A stretch of 64,000 nt of DNA from Candidatus Acetothermia bacterium. Lineage in GTDB: Bacteria > Bipolaricaulota > Bipolaricaulia > RBG-16-55-9 > JANLFV01. The position numbers were made by a program, and so were the translations under genes. The notes under the pieces were generated by a model. The model had not been told where the DNA came from. It searched no databases and was given only the letters and a program-made list of their open reading frames with translations. Position 1 is the stretch's first letter, and every line of letters starts with the position of its first letter. The stretch is from contig JANLFV010000001.1 of NCBI GenBank assembly GCA_024653345.1, positions 9,179 to 73,178 of the forward strand. Reading direction: 5' to 3'. Shown here piece after piece: positions 37,949 through 46,207 of the stretch.

Positions 37949-38596
37949 CTAGCCCTCCCCAGCTCCGAGGAGGCAGACATAGATCGTATGGACCCAACAG
38001 TAATGGCAGCGGACGAACGAGCAGGCGACCTCACTGTAGCTCGGGCTATTGAGGGCCGCATGAGCGGCGGGATACCACTCTCCGTCAGTCCAGTCCGCCA
38101 GGACATCCCGGCCGTCGTAGTAGCCGTCCCCGGCGGCCAGGAGTTCTGCCGCGGTCCCGTTGTAGCCCGCGAGCTTGAGCCGCTCGGGGAATGAGAGCTC
38201 ATAGGGGCACTGCTGGTTCTCCCAACACTTGTCGCTGCAGCCCTCCTCAGTCCGGCAGGCCTGGGCCCAGACCTGGGCGTGAAAGGCGGCCGCGATGTAG
38301 AGGTTCCCGTCCCACTCCAGTGGGGCGAGGCCCCTCTCGCGGCGGTAGCTATTGATCAGCTCGATGAGCGATTCTTCCTTGAAGCTCGGCTCGAGGAGCG
38401 AGCCGCTGACCTGTGCCTCGGGTGCAGGACAAGGCGGGCATTCAGGGCACTCGCAGGTCGGGCAGGGGGGCGGCTCGGGGCAAACGGCAGATTCCCCTGA
38501 AGTTCCCAGCTCGCCCCGCCATCCCTGCAGGGACTCGCAGCCGGTGAGTCCGGCAAGGGACAACGCTAGGATAGCGAGGATGAAAACTCTCATCAT
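37949..38596 (-). CDS. CAP/SCP-domain lipoprotein with Cys/Pro-rich linker
   Basis: Lipobox LTGC; LINSYRRERGLAPL, AAFHA, AELLAAG, H..ALNSP.YSEV. Confidence 0.82.
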   Translation of the reverse strand: MMRVFILAILALSLAGLTGCESLQGWRGELGTSGESAVCPEPPPCPTCECPECPPCPAPEAQVSGSLLEPSFKEESLIELINSYRRERGLAPLEWDGNLYIAAAFHAQVWAQACRTEEGCSDKCWENQQCPYELSFPERLKLAGYNGTAAELLAAGDGYYDGRDVLADWTDGEWYPAAHAALNSPSYSEVACSFVRCHYCWVHTIYVCLLGAGEG

Positions 38597-38894
38597 TCTG
38601 AGGCTAGCTCGCCCCAGGGGCTTTAGTGATCCCAGCAGTCACCTAAGCTCGGGGAAACCCCTCCGCCCGCGGCAAGGCCGTTGTCCGTCCAAGCGGGGCA
38701 TAGGGCTCGAAAGGCAGGGCGGCCGGGCGAGCGCGCTCAGGGCCTCGCCTCGGCCCGATGGTGGGAACAGCCGGACCGCGGCTGAGCTGGGGTGGGCGCT
38801 CCCTCCTCCGGGGTCCACAGCCCCGCCCGACATGCATGGGTAATTGGCCTACGCTCTCCGCAGGCCAGGGACAGAGCGTGCCTCGAGCCGATCC

Positions 38895-39509
38895 TCAAGC
38901 GAGCTCAAGCCAGCGGGGCAGCTCGCCCCGCAGGGCCCGGGGCGGGTCGACCGTGAGGTCGAGGACCGCCGAGCTCTGCCCGGAGAGCCTCTCGCGGCTG
39001 ATGATGATCAGGTCAACATCGGCAGCGAACCGGCCGATCACATCCTCGGGGGTCACCGCTGGCGGCTCGCCGCTCTTGTTGGCACTGGTCCCGAGGAGCG
39101 GCCTATCGGCGGCCGCGGCCAGCGCTCTGAAGGCCCGACTAGCGGGGACGCGAATCCCGACCTTCCCCGCACTGACCGCCCCGCGGGGGGCCTGAGGTGA
39201 AGCCTTCAGCAGCAGCGTATATGGCCCCGGCAGGAGGCGCGCGATCCAGCGCCGCTCGCGCTCCTCGAAGATGGCATACCGAGTCAGCTCCTGCAGATCG
39301 CCTAGATGGAGGGCCATCGGCTTCCCCCGCTCACGCCCCTTCAGGTGATAGAGCCGCTCGATCGCCTCCGGGTCGTCCGCAGCGCAGCCGAGGCCGTAGA
39401 CCGTCTCCGTGGGAAAGATGAGCAGCCCGTGCCGACCGACCGCTTCAACCACAAGCTCCGCTTCCTCAGCCTCGAGCCGGTCGCGGACCTCGATGACCTT
39501 GGCGCTCAT
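38895..39509 (-). CDS. tsaC: Threonylcarbamoyl-AMP synthase (YrdC/Sua5)
   Basis: FPTETVYGLG, KGR, PGPYT, GIRVP, TSANKSG. Confidence 0.93.
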   Translation of the reverse strand: MSAKVIEVRDRLEAEEAELVVEAVGRHGLLIFPTETVYGLGCAADDPEAIERLYHLKGRERGKPMALHLGDLQELTRYAIFEERERRWIARLLPGPYTLLLKASPQAPRGAVSAGKVGIRVPASRAFRALAAAADRPLLGTSANKSGEPPAVTPEDVIGRFAADVDLIIISRERLSGQSSAVLDLTVDPPRALRGELPRWLELA

Positions 39510-40594
39510 GCGACGACGAAGTGGATTACATCTCCATCCTGAACTTGATAGTGCTCGCCGACCCGCTGGAGGAGCCCGGCCTCCTTCACAGCGTGGAGTG
39601 AGCCCTTGCCCAGCAACTGCTCGATCGGGACCACCTCGGCCTGGATGAACCTCTTCTCGAAGTCAGTGTGGATCTTCGCCCCGGCCTGGGGGGCCTTCGT
39701 TCCGCGCTTGACCGTCCAAGCCCGGACCTCCGGGCCGTCGGTGGTGAAGAAAGTGATAAGCTCGAGCAGCTGATAGCCGGCCCTGATCAGCCGCTCCAGG
39801 CCCGACTCCTCGATCTTCCACTCCCGCCGCCAGGTCGCGCGCTCGGCCTCGTCCTGAGAGGCCTCGACGATCTCCATCTCCAGCCGGCCGCGGATCGCGA
39901 CATACCCCGCGCCCCGTTCGCGAGCCAAGGCAGCCACAGCTTGCGAATAGGTGTTCTCGTCCTCATCGCCCACGTTGGCCACGAACAGGACCGGCTTCTC
40001 GGTGAGAAGCCCCAGGCCTCGGAGCCTCGCCCGCTCCTCCTCGTCAAGTTCGAGCATCCGCACCGGCGTCCCCTGCCGCACGGCCTCGCGGACCCGCTCG
40101 AGGAGCTGCAGCTGCTTGCTCACCTCGCGTTCTCCCGCACGGGCCTTCGGCTGCAACTTATCCAGCGTGTTCTCCAACGTCTCGAGGTCCTTGAGTGCCA
40201 GCTCGAGCTCCACGACCTCGACATCGCGCTTCGGGTCGAGCGAGCCGTCCACATGGGGGACGAGGGGGTCCTCGAAGCAGCGGACGATGTGGGCGATGGC
40301 GTCGACATTCCGGATCTCGGCCAGGAATTGGTTCCCTAGACCCTCGCCCTCGTGGGCGCCGCGGACCAGGCCGGCGATGTCCAGGAACTCCAGGGTGGTG
40401 GGGACCTTCTTCTTCTCAGGATAGAGCGCGGCGAGCCTCTCCAGCCGCTCATCGGGGACGGGGACGACGCCGATGTTCGTCTTGATCGTGGAGAAGGGGA
40501 AGCTCTCGACCTTCGCCCCGGCAGCGGTGAGGGCGTTGAAGATCGTCGATTTCCCCACATTCGGCAGCCCGACGAGGCCGCAGTTGAATCCCAT
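39506..40594 (-). CDS. ychF: Redox-regulated ATPase YchF
   Basis: GLVGLPNVGKST, DIAGLVRGA..GEGLGNQFL, KIHTDF, VQDGD. Confidence 0.96.
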   Translation of the reverse strand: MGFNCGLVGLPNVGKSTIFNALTAAGAKVESFPFSTIKTNIGVVPVPDERLERLAALYPEKKKVPTTLEFLDIAGLVRGAHEGEGLGNQFLAEIRNVDAIAHIVRCFEDPLVPHVDGSLDPKRDVEVVELELALKDLETLENTLDKLQPKARAGEREVSKQLQLLERVREAVRQGTPVRMLELDEEERARLRGLGLLTEKPVLFVANVGDEDENTYSQAVAALARERGAGYVAIRGRLEMEIVEASQDEAERATWRREWKIEESGLERLIRAGYQLLELITFFTTDGPEVRAWTVKRGTKAPQAGAKIHTDFEKRFIQAEVVPIEQLLGKGSLHAVKEAGLLQRVGEHYQVQDGDVIHFVVA

Positions 40595-40634
40595 CCCAGG
40601 CGCGCTCCTGACGGTTCGCCCTACGGGCCCGGCT

Positions 40635-41507
40635 TCATCTCCCGAGGGCCTCTCGCGCTAGCTGCACCATCTCGCGGGGCGTGCGGCCGACGGGGACGCC
40701 CTTGGCCTCGAGCGCCTTCTTCTTGGCCTCGGCCGTCCCCTCGCCCCCGGAGATGATCGCCCCGGCATGGCCCATCCGCTTCCCCGGCGGGGCGGAGAAG
40801 CCCGCGATGTAGGCGATCACCGGCTTGGACATCTTCTTGGAGATGAACTCCGCCGCCTCCTCCTCATCCCGTCCGCCGATCTCCCCGACGAGGATCACCA
40901 GCTCGGTCTGGGGGTCCTTCTCGAAGAGCTTGAGGATGTCGATGAACGAGCTGCCGACCACAGGGTCCCCGCCGATCCCCACGACGGTCGACTGGCCGAG
41001 CCCGGCCCGCGAGAGCTGGGCCGCGATCTCATAAGTCAGTGTCCCGGAGCGGGAGACGACCCCCACTGGGCCGGGACGGAAGACCTCGGCGGGCATGATC
41101 CCCACCTTCGCCTTCCCGGGGGAGATGAGGCCGGGGCAGTTCGGCCCGATCAGCCTCGTCTTCCGCAGCTGGAGCATGTGGTATACCCGCAGGACATCTT
41201 GCATGGGGATCCGCTCGGTGATGCAGACTATGAGCTTAATCCCGGCATCGGCCTCCTCGATGATCGCGTCCGGAGCGAACGGTGCCGGGACGAAGACCGC
41301 TGCCGTGTCCGGATGGAAGCGGGCGACAGCCTCGGCAACGGAGTCCAAGATGGGGATGCCGTCTAGGCTCTGGCCCCCCTTCCCCGGCGTCACCCCGGCG
41401 ACGACCTTCGTCCCGTATTCGGCCATCAGCCGGGTGTGGAAGCTCCCCTCCTTGCCCGTGATCCCCTGGACGACGACCTTGGTCCGCTCATCGATGAGAA
41501 TGCTCAT
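40635..41507 (-). CDS. sucD: Succinyl-CoA synthetase alpha subunit
   Basis: [39 protein letters not shown]. Confidence 0.96.
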   Translation of the reverse strand: MSILIDERTKVVVQGITGKEGSFHTRLMAEYGTKVVAGVTPGKGGQSLDGIPILDSVAEAVARFHPDTAAVFVPAPFAPDAIIEEADAGIKLIVCITERIPMQDVLRVYHMLQLRKTRLIGPNCPGLISPGKAKVGIMPAEVFRPGPVGVVSRSGTLTYEIAAQLSRAGLGQSTVVGIGGDPVVGSSFIDILKLFEKDPQTELVILVGEIGGRDEEEAAEFISKKMSKPVIAYIAGFSAPPGKRMGHAGAIISGGEGTAEAKKKALEAKGVPVGRTPREMVQLAREALGR

Positions 41508-41568
41508 CTACCCTCCTCGCCCGGAGTATAGCCTGGGGAGCTGGAGAGCCGCAACTCGGGGAGGAGGG

Positions 41569-42132
41569 CTAGAGCTTGCAGACCTGGGGGACCTCGAAGT
41601 TCTTGACCACCAGCTTGTTCGCGGAGCAGATCTCGCCCCTGTCGGGCACAATCCCGCGAGCTTCGATGAGGATCTCCACGGCGAAGGCCATCCCGCTCAG
41701 CGACTTGAGCGTATTGCAGATGTAGGCGAAGTCGACGAGCACGTTCTCCTCACCCAGCGCGGAGATCCGACTCCCCTTGATCTGCTTGGAGATGTCCTCA
41801 GCCCGGGTGATGACAGGGATGAAGATCACCTCCTCCCGGCCGCGGAACCTCCGGGAGATAGCGCGGATGATCCGCACGGTCCGCTTGACCTGGATCAGTC
41901 GGCCCCGGGGCATCTCCACCTGGAGATCGAAGTAGACGGTGAACTTCCGCTCCGGGCGGCGGAGCTTGACGAGCGGGTCACCGATCTCGATCTGGAGCGG
42001 GCATTCTGCGGCGGAGATCTCCCCGATCGCCGGTTGGGCCAGCCCCGTCGAGCCCCGGATTGCGAGCGTCCCCGCGAGCAGGCTGAGGCCCTTGAGGAAC
42101 TCTCGCCGATCGAGTCCCCTGTCCTTGGACAT
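41569..42132 (-). CDS. Tat-exported hypothetical protein (187 aa, 4 Cys)
   Basis: MSKDRGLDRREFLK twin-arginine signal, GLA-Q cleavage site; purine-rich SD upstream. Confidence 0.75.
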   Translation of the reverse strand: MSKDRGLDRREFLKGLSLLAGTLAIRGSTGLAQPAIGEISAAECPLQIEIGDPLVKLRRPERKFTVYFDLQVEMPRGRLIQVKRTVRIIRAISRRFRGREEVIFIPVITRAEDISKQIKGSRISALGEENVLVDFAYICNTLKSLSGMAFAVEILIEARGIVPDRGEICSANKLVVKNFEVPQVCKL

Positions 42133-42232
42133 ACCACATTCCCCCTTCTCATTAGCCTTAGGCATAGGCGTTGATTCTAGGCTGAGGCTAAGGCCGCGCC
42201 GGCTAAGGCCCAAGGAAGGGAGAGAGCGGTGG

Positions 42233-42250
42233 AAGTGATCTCGATCACTT
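42233..42250. promoter_or_regulatory. CRP/FNR-like palindromic operator
   Basis: AAGTGATC-TC-GATCACTT, i.e. GTGA-N6-TCAC. Confidence 0.5.
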
Positions 42251-42260
42251 AGGGGGGTGA

Positions 42261-42513
42261 GTCTAGGGCGGCTGCCAAGGTGGGAGCAGCCGCCCTAGAC
42301 GGCTTGGCTCATACGGATTCGAACCGTGTCCGCTCTAGCTGCTGGGGAAAAATCCGCTGCTCCGGAGGCTGGGGAGAGCAGCGGCAAAACCCTGGCAGCC
42401 GGTGGGCTCTTCCCCCACCGCGGATGCACCATGCGCGAGCCAAGCCCTACAGGGGTGTGAGAAGGCCCTGATCTCCCATCTCTCAAACAGCAGTTCAAGC
42501 CACCAGCATTTTA
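42261..42513. ncRNA. Candidate structured non-coding RNA, family unassigned
   Basis: Perfect 15-bp hairpin plus a 146-nt multibranch fold closed by a 10-bp helix; minus strand carries GGTTCGAATCC and an upstream TAAAAT. Confidence 0.5.
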
Positions 42514-42592
42514 CCGCCGGCCCGGGGCCGTCTGACACCGCCCTGGCATGGCCGGAAGGTTTGAGCTATTCTCGATCGAGAGAGGGGAGAGG

Positions 42593-43141
42593 ATGGGATC
42601 AGCATTGGACGAGGAAGCCCTGCGTGTGATCCGGGCCCAACTCGGCCGCGAGCCGCACGGGGTGCTGGGGATCGAGCGGCGCTGCCGATGGGGCTACCCG
42701 CAAGTGATCAAGGTCTACTCTCTATTTATGAGGGAGGGCTCAAAGATCGAGCCCTTCCCCACGCTCTTCTGGCTCACTTGCCCCTTCCTAATCGAGCAGT
42801 TGTCTGATCTGGAAGGACGCGGCTACATCAAGGAGTTGGAGCGGCTCATCGCCGAGGACGGAGGACTGAGGGAGGAGTATCGCCGAGACCATCGGGACTA
42901 CCTCGCCGAGCGCTGGGCCACTCTTAGCCCTGAGGACTGGGCCCTGGCGGAGCGGTTAGGCCTAGCTCGAGCGTTGAGGGAGCGCGGGATCGGCGGCATC
43001 GCCGACTGGGATAAGGTGAAGTGCCTCCACCTCCACTATGCCCACCACCTGGCAAGGGGGAGCGCCATCGGCCGCTGGATCGAAAAGCACTTCGCTCTCG
43101 AGGAATGCCCCGCAAGCCAGGTCCGCTGCGCCGGGCTCTAG
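42593..43141 (+). CDS. DUF501-family protein
   Basis: QLGREP, RC..GYPQVI, PFPTLFWLTCP, GIGG...KVKCLHLHYAHHL. Confidence 0.9.
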   Translation: MGSALDEEALRVIRAQLGREPHGVLGIERRCRWGYPQVIKVYSLFMREGSKIEPFPTLFWLTCPFLIEQLSDLEGRGYIKELERLIAEDGGLREEYRRDHRDYLAERWATLSPEDWALAERLGLARALRERGIGGIADWDKVKCLHLHYAHHLARGSAIGRWIEKHFALEECPASQVRCAGL

Positions 43142-43160
43142 CAGCCAGCGCTCTCTTGAG

Positions 43161-43490
43161 CTAATCGCCCTTCAACAACTCATCAATCCGCCGGGCCTGA
43201 CGGAGCTCCTCGTCCTCCCTGAACTGCAGCTCCGGGGTGTAGCGGAGGTCGAGCCGCTTGGCGAGCTCGCTCCGGAAGAACCCGCGCTCCTCCTGGAAGA
43301 GGCGGAGGAGTTGATGGCCCTGCTCCTCTTCGAGAAAGTCGAGAAAGACCGTCGCCTGGTGTAGGTCCGAGGAGAGCCTGACCTTGGTGACGGTGACGAA
43401 GCTCATTCGCGGATCCCGAGCCTCGAACTCCAGAACCTCACTGAGCGTCCGCTTGATCTCCTCCTGCAGCCGCTCGCGGTGGTGGCCCAT
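43161..43490 (-). CDS. rbfA: Ribosome-binding factor A
   Basis: RDPR..FVTVTKV.LS.DL..A.VF, LRYTPELQF..D. Confidence 0.93.
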   Translation of the reverse strand: MGHHRERLQEEIKRTLSEVLEFEARDPRMSFVTVTKVRLSSDLHQATVFLDFLEEEQGHQLLRLFQEERGFFRSELAKRLDLRYTPELQFREDEELRQARRIDELLKGD

Positions 43491-43771
43491 TACAATAGCT
43501 CCAGCTCATAATCCTCGACGAGGATCTCCGGCTCCCGGCTGAGCAGTTCCACCACCTTGACCAGGACGCGGTTGTTCAGCTCGCCATCGTTCGAGACGAT
43601 CGCCACGCCCAGCTCAGCTCGCCGGCGGTCGTCGAGCGCCCCGACCTCGGCGATCGAGACGTTGAACTCTCGCTTGACCTTAGCGATCAGGCCCTTGACG
43701 ATCGAGCGCTTATCCTTGAGCGACTGGGGTGCAGGGAGGCGGAGCTTGATGAGGATCTTCCCGACTCTCAT
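43490..43771 (-). CDS. ylxP: DUF503 (YlxP) protein
   Basis: SLKDKRSIVK, FNVSIAEVG..D; lies between infB and rbfA. Confidence 0.9.
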   Translation of the reverse strand: MRVGKILIKLRLPAPQSLKDKRSIVKGLIAKVKREFNVSIAEVGALDDRRRAELGVAIVSNDGELNNRVLVKVVELLSREPEILVEDYELELL

Positions 43772-43777
43772 CGCGAT

Positions 43778-45523
43778 CTAGGCGGGTTGGAACTTCTTGC
43801 GGACGAAGATCTCTAAGAGGTCGCCCTTCCGGACATCGTTGAAGTTCTCGATCCGCAGGCCGCACTCCTTCCCCTGCTCCACTTCCTTGACATCGTCGTT
43901 GAACCGGCGGAGGCTCCGGATCGGCCCTTGGAAGACCTCCGCCCCGTCTCGCAGCACGCGCACATGGGCGTCGCGAGTCACGACGCCAGCGCGGACATAG
44001 CATCCTGCCACCACGCCCACCTTGGGGATGTTGAAGGTATTCCGGACCTCGAGCTCGCCGATCTTCACCTCCTCGAACCGCGGCGTGACCGCGCTCTTCA
44101 GCAACTCCTCGACCCAATCCGTCAGCTCGTAGATGATCTCCCCGCGCTTGATCATCACCCCCTGGGCCTGGGCGAGCTCCCCGATCTTCCGGTCGATCTC
44201 GACGCGAAAGCCGACGATCACCACCCCCTCCTCCTCGGAGGAGGCAAGCAAGACATCGTTCTCGTTGATGTTCCCCACGCCGGAGTGGAGGATCACCAGG
44301 TCGATCCCCTCGACCTTGAGCCGGCTCAGCTCTCCCTGGAGGGCCTCGAGCGAGCCGACCGTATCGGCCTTGAGGATCAGCTTCAGCTCCTTGACCTGGG
44401 CCTTGCGGAGCTGCTGCTGGAACCGCTCCATCGCCGAGAGCTGGGTCTTGGCCAGCTTCGCCGCCCGCTCCTCCTCCTTGCGCAGGCAGGCCAGGTTCTT
44501 GGCCTGCTCGAGGTCGCTGACCACTTCCAGCTTGATCCCCGCCGGGGGGACGTCAGATAAGCCCAGGATCTGGGCCGCCGAGCCTGGGGGAGCCTCGGCC
44601 ATTCGCTGGCCATGCTCGTTCAAGAGAGTCCGGACTCGACCGCAGGCCGTCCCGGCCAGGACGATATCCCGCTCGTGGAGCGTCCCGTCCTTGACGATCA
44701 CCGTGGCCACCGGCCCCCTCGCCCGGTCCAGATAGCTCTCGATGATAATCCCCTCCGCTGGCTTGCTCGGATCAGCCCGGAGGTCCTCCATCTCGGCGAC
44801 GAGGAGGATCATCTCCAAGAGCTCATCGACATTCTGGCCGGTGAGGGCGCTGAGCGGGACAACGATGGTCTCCCCGCCCCACTCCTCGGGAGTGAGCCCC
44901 TCCTTGACCAGCTGCTCCTTCACCTTGTCCGGGTCTGCCTCCCGCTTGTCCATCTTGTTGAGGGCCACGATGATCGGGACATTCGCGGCCTTGGCGTGGC
45001 TGATCGCCTCCTTGGTCTGGGCCATGACGCCATCGTCGGCGGCCACGACGAGGACGGCGATGTCGGTCGCTTGGGCCCCGCGCTGGCGCATCTGGGTGAA
45101 GGCCCGATGGCCGGGGGTGTCGATGAAGGTGATCTTCTTGCCGTTGTATTCAACTTGGTAGGCCCCGATCGCCTGGGTGATCCCGCCGACCTCCCGCTGG
45201 GCCACATGGCTCTTCCTGATGTAGTCGAGAAGCGTGGTCTTCCCGTGATCGACATGCCCAAGGACGGTCACGACCGGCGGCCGGGGGAGACCTCGCGGCT
45301 TCTCTCTTTCCTTGACCTCGACCTTCGCCTCAGCCTCTGGGGGCGGGGGGGCTGGAGGAGCCGGAGGGCCGGCGAAGAGCTCGCGGAGGGCCTGATACTC
45401 CTCGTCCTCGATCGTATTGAACCCGCTCCGCTTCTCGATCCCAACCTGCGCCAAGAGGTCGAAGACCTCGGTGAGCGGGAGGCCCATCTCCTTGGCTATC
45501 TCATAGAGTCGCCGCTTTGGCAT
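43778..45523 (-). CDS. infB: Translation initiation factor IF-2 (short form)
   Basis: RPPVVTVLGHVDHGKT, GGITQAIGA, DTPGH, NKMD, ECG; own promoter TTGACA-17-TATATT at 45542-45570. Confidence 0.97.
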   Translation of the reverse strand: MPKRRLYEIAKEMGLPLTEVFDLLAQVGIEKRSGFNTIEDEEYQALRELFAGPPAPPAPPPPEAEAKVEVKEREKPRGLPRPPVVTVLGHVDHGKTTLLDYIRKSHVAQREVGGITQAIGAYQVEYNGKKITFIDTPGHRAFTQMRQRGAQATDIAVLVVAADDGVMAQTKEAISHAKAANVPIIVALNKMDKREADPDKVKEQLVKEGLTPEEWGGETIVVPLSALTGQNVDELLEMILLVAEMEDLRADPSKPAEGIIIESYLDRARGPVATVIVKDGTLHERDIVLAGTACGRVRTLLNEHGQRMAEAPPGSAAQILGLSDVPPAGIKLEVVSDLEQAKNLACLRKEEERAAKLAKTQLSAMERFQQQLRKAQVKELKLILKADTVGSLEALQGELSRLKVEGIDLVILHSGVGNINENDVLLASSEEEGVVIVGFRVEIDRKIGELAQAQGVMIKRGEIIYELTDWVEELLKSAVTPRFEEVKIGELEVRNTFNIPKVGVVAGCYVRAGVVTRDAHVRVLRDGAEVFQGPIRSLRRFNDDVKEVEQGKECGLRIENFNDVRKGDLLEIFVRKKFQPA

Positions 45524-45640
45524 CGCTCCTCCTCGGGCGAGAATATACAGGATCGGACCGGTGCTGTCAATCGGCCCGAAACCGCGGCCCTCACCCCAGG
45601 TATATCGGGCAGCTCAAGATGAGGAAGGAGGAGATCGCAG

Positions 45641-45850
45641 ATGAAGTGGATCTATGTGCGCGTGAAGGGCTGGCACGGCTCGGCCGCGATCATGGTCCCG
45701 CCGGGGCTGACGGTCTCCGAGTTCAAGCTGCTCCTGGGGCTCGATCTCGGGTGCAATGTCCTGGCCGCCGCTCTCTTCCTCCCCCTCCCTGGCACGGCCC
45801 GCTTGGACGAGCTGGTGGACGAGTTCGACACCGTCTACGTCGAGCCCTAG
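45641..45850 (+). CDS. 69-aa protein with ubiquitin-like (beta-grasp) pattern, no C-terminal GG
   Basis: SD AAGGAGG; hydrophobic pattern aligns by eye with ubiquitin/YukD. Confidence 0.6.
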   Translation: MKWIYVRVKGWHGSAAIMVPPGLTVSEFKLLLGLDLGCNVLAAALFLPLPGTARLDELVDEFDTVYVEP

Positions 45851-45914
45851 ACTTGATCGCCGGAAGTTGCTATACTCTGGACGAGCTTGAGTAGAGGGAC
45901 AGGCAGGGAAAGGG

Positions 45915-46151
45915 ATGCAACAACTCAAGCTGCGGCTCGAGGGACGCCGGCGGGTCGCCCGCGAGTTGACCGTCGTCGAGGGCTTCCATCAGGTCGGCTC
46001 TCGAGGGGATTTCCTCATCGAGATGCAGGGGCCGCACCGGTCTTACACGCTCTCCAGCTTCATCCCCGAGGGCTTCATCGGGGAATACAATGGCCGCTCC
46101 GCGGGCCCCTATCGCTACCGCATCGTCGTCACCGTCGAGGAGCTTCCCTGA
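45915..46151 (+). CDS. 78-aa hypothetical beta-rich protein
   Basis: Own TGcTATACT -10 (45868-45876), purine-rich SD, host-like codon use. Confidence 0.6.
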   Translation: MQQLKLRLEGRRRVARELTVVEGFHQVGSRGDFLIEMQGPHRSYTLSSFIPEGFIGEYNGRSAGPYRYRIVVTVEELP

Positions 46152-46207
46152 GCGAGCCGCCGGAGTAGCAGCACCGGCTGACGCTATCGGCCGCGAAAGG
46201 ACGGCCC

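Noticed and set aside
37581-37997. 138-aa minus-strand ORF (RFGRYLATV recalls a thermonuclease motif)
   Set aside because: No credible start or SD, overlaps the CAP gene end, no other family motifs; at most a decayed remnant
38639-38890. GC-rich intergenic stretch with short ORFs and hairpins
   Set aside because: Only a terminator-like hairpin near 38845-38867 is clear; other pairing is expected at this GC content
42301-42446. Canonical tRNA, tRNA-Sec, tRNA-Pyl, tmRNA, SRP or ZTP riboswitch
   Set aside because: No 7-nt anticodon loop or CCA end, no tmRNA Ala acceptor or tag frame, SRP helix-8 motif absent, only partial pfl-like words; kept as unassigned RNA
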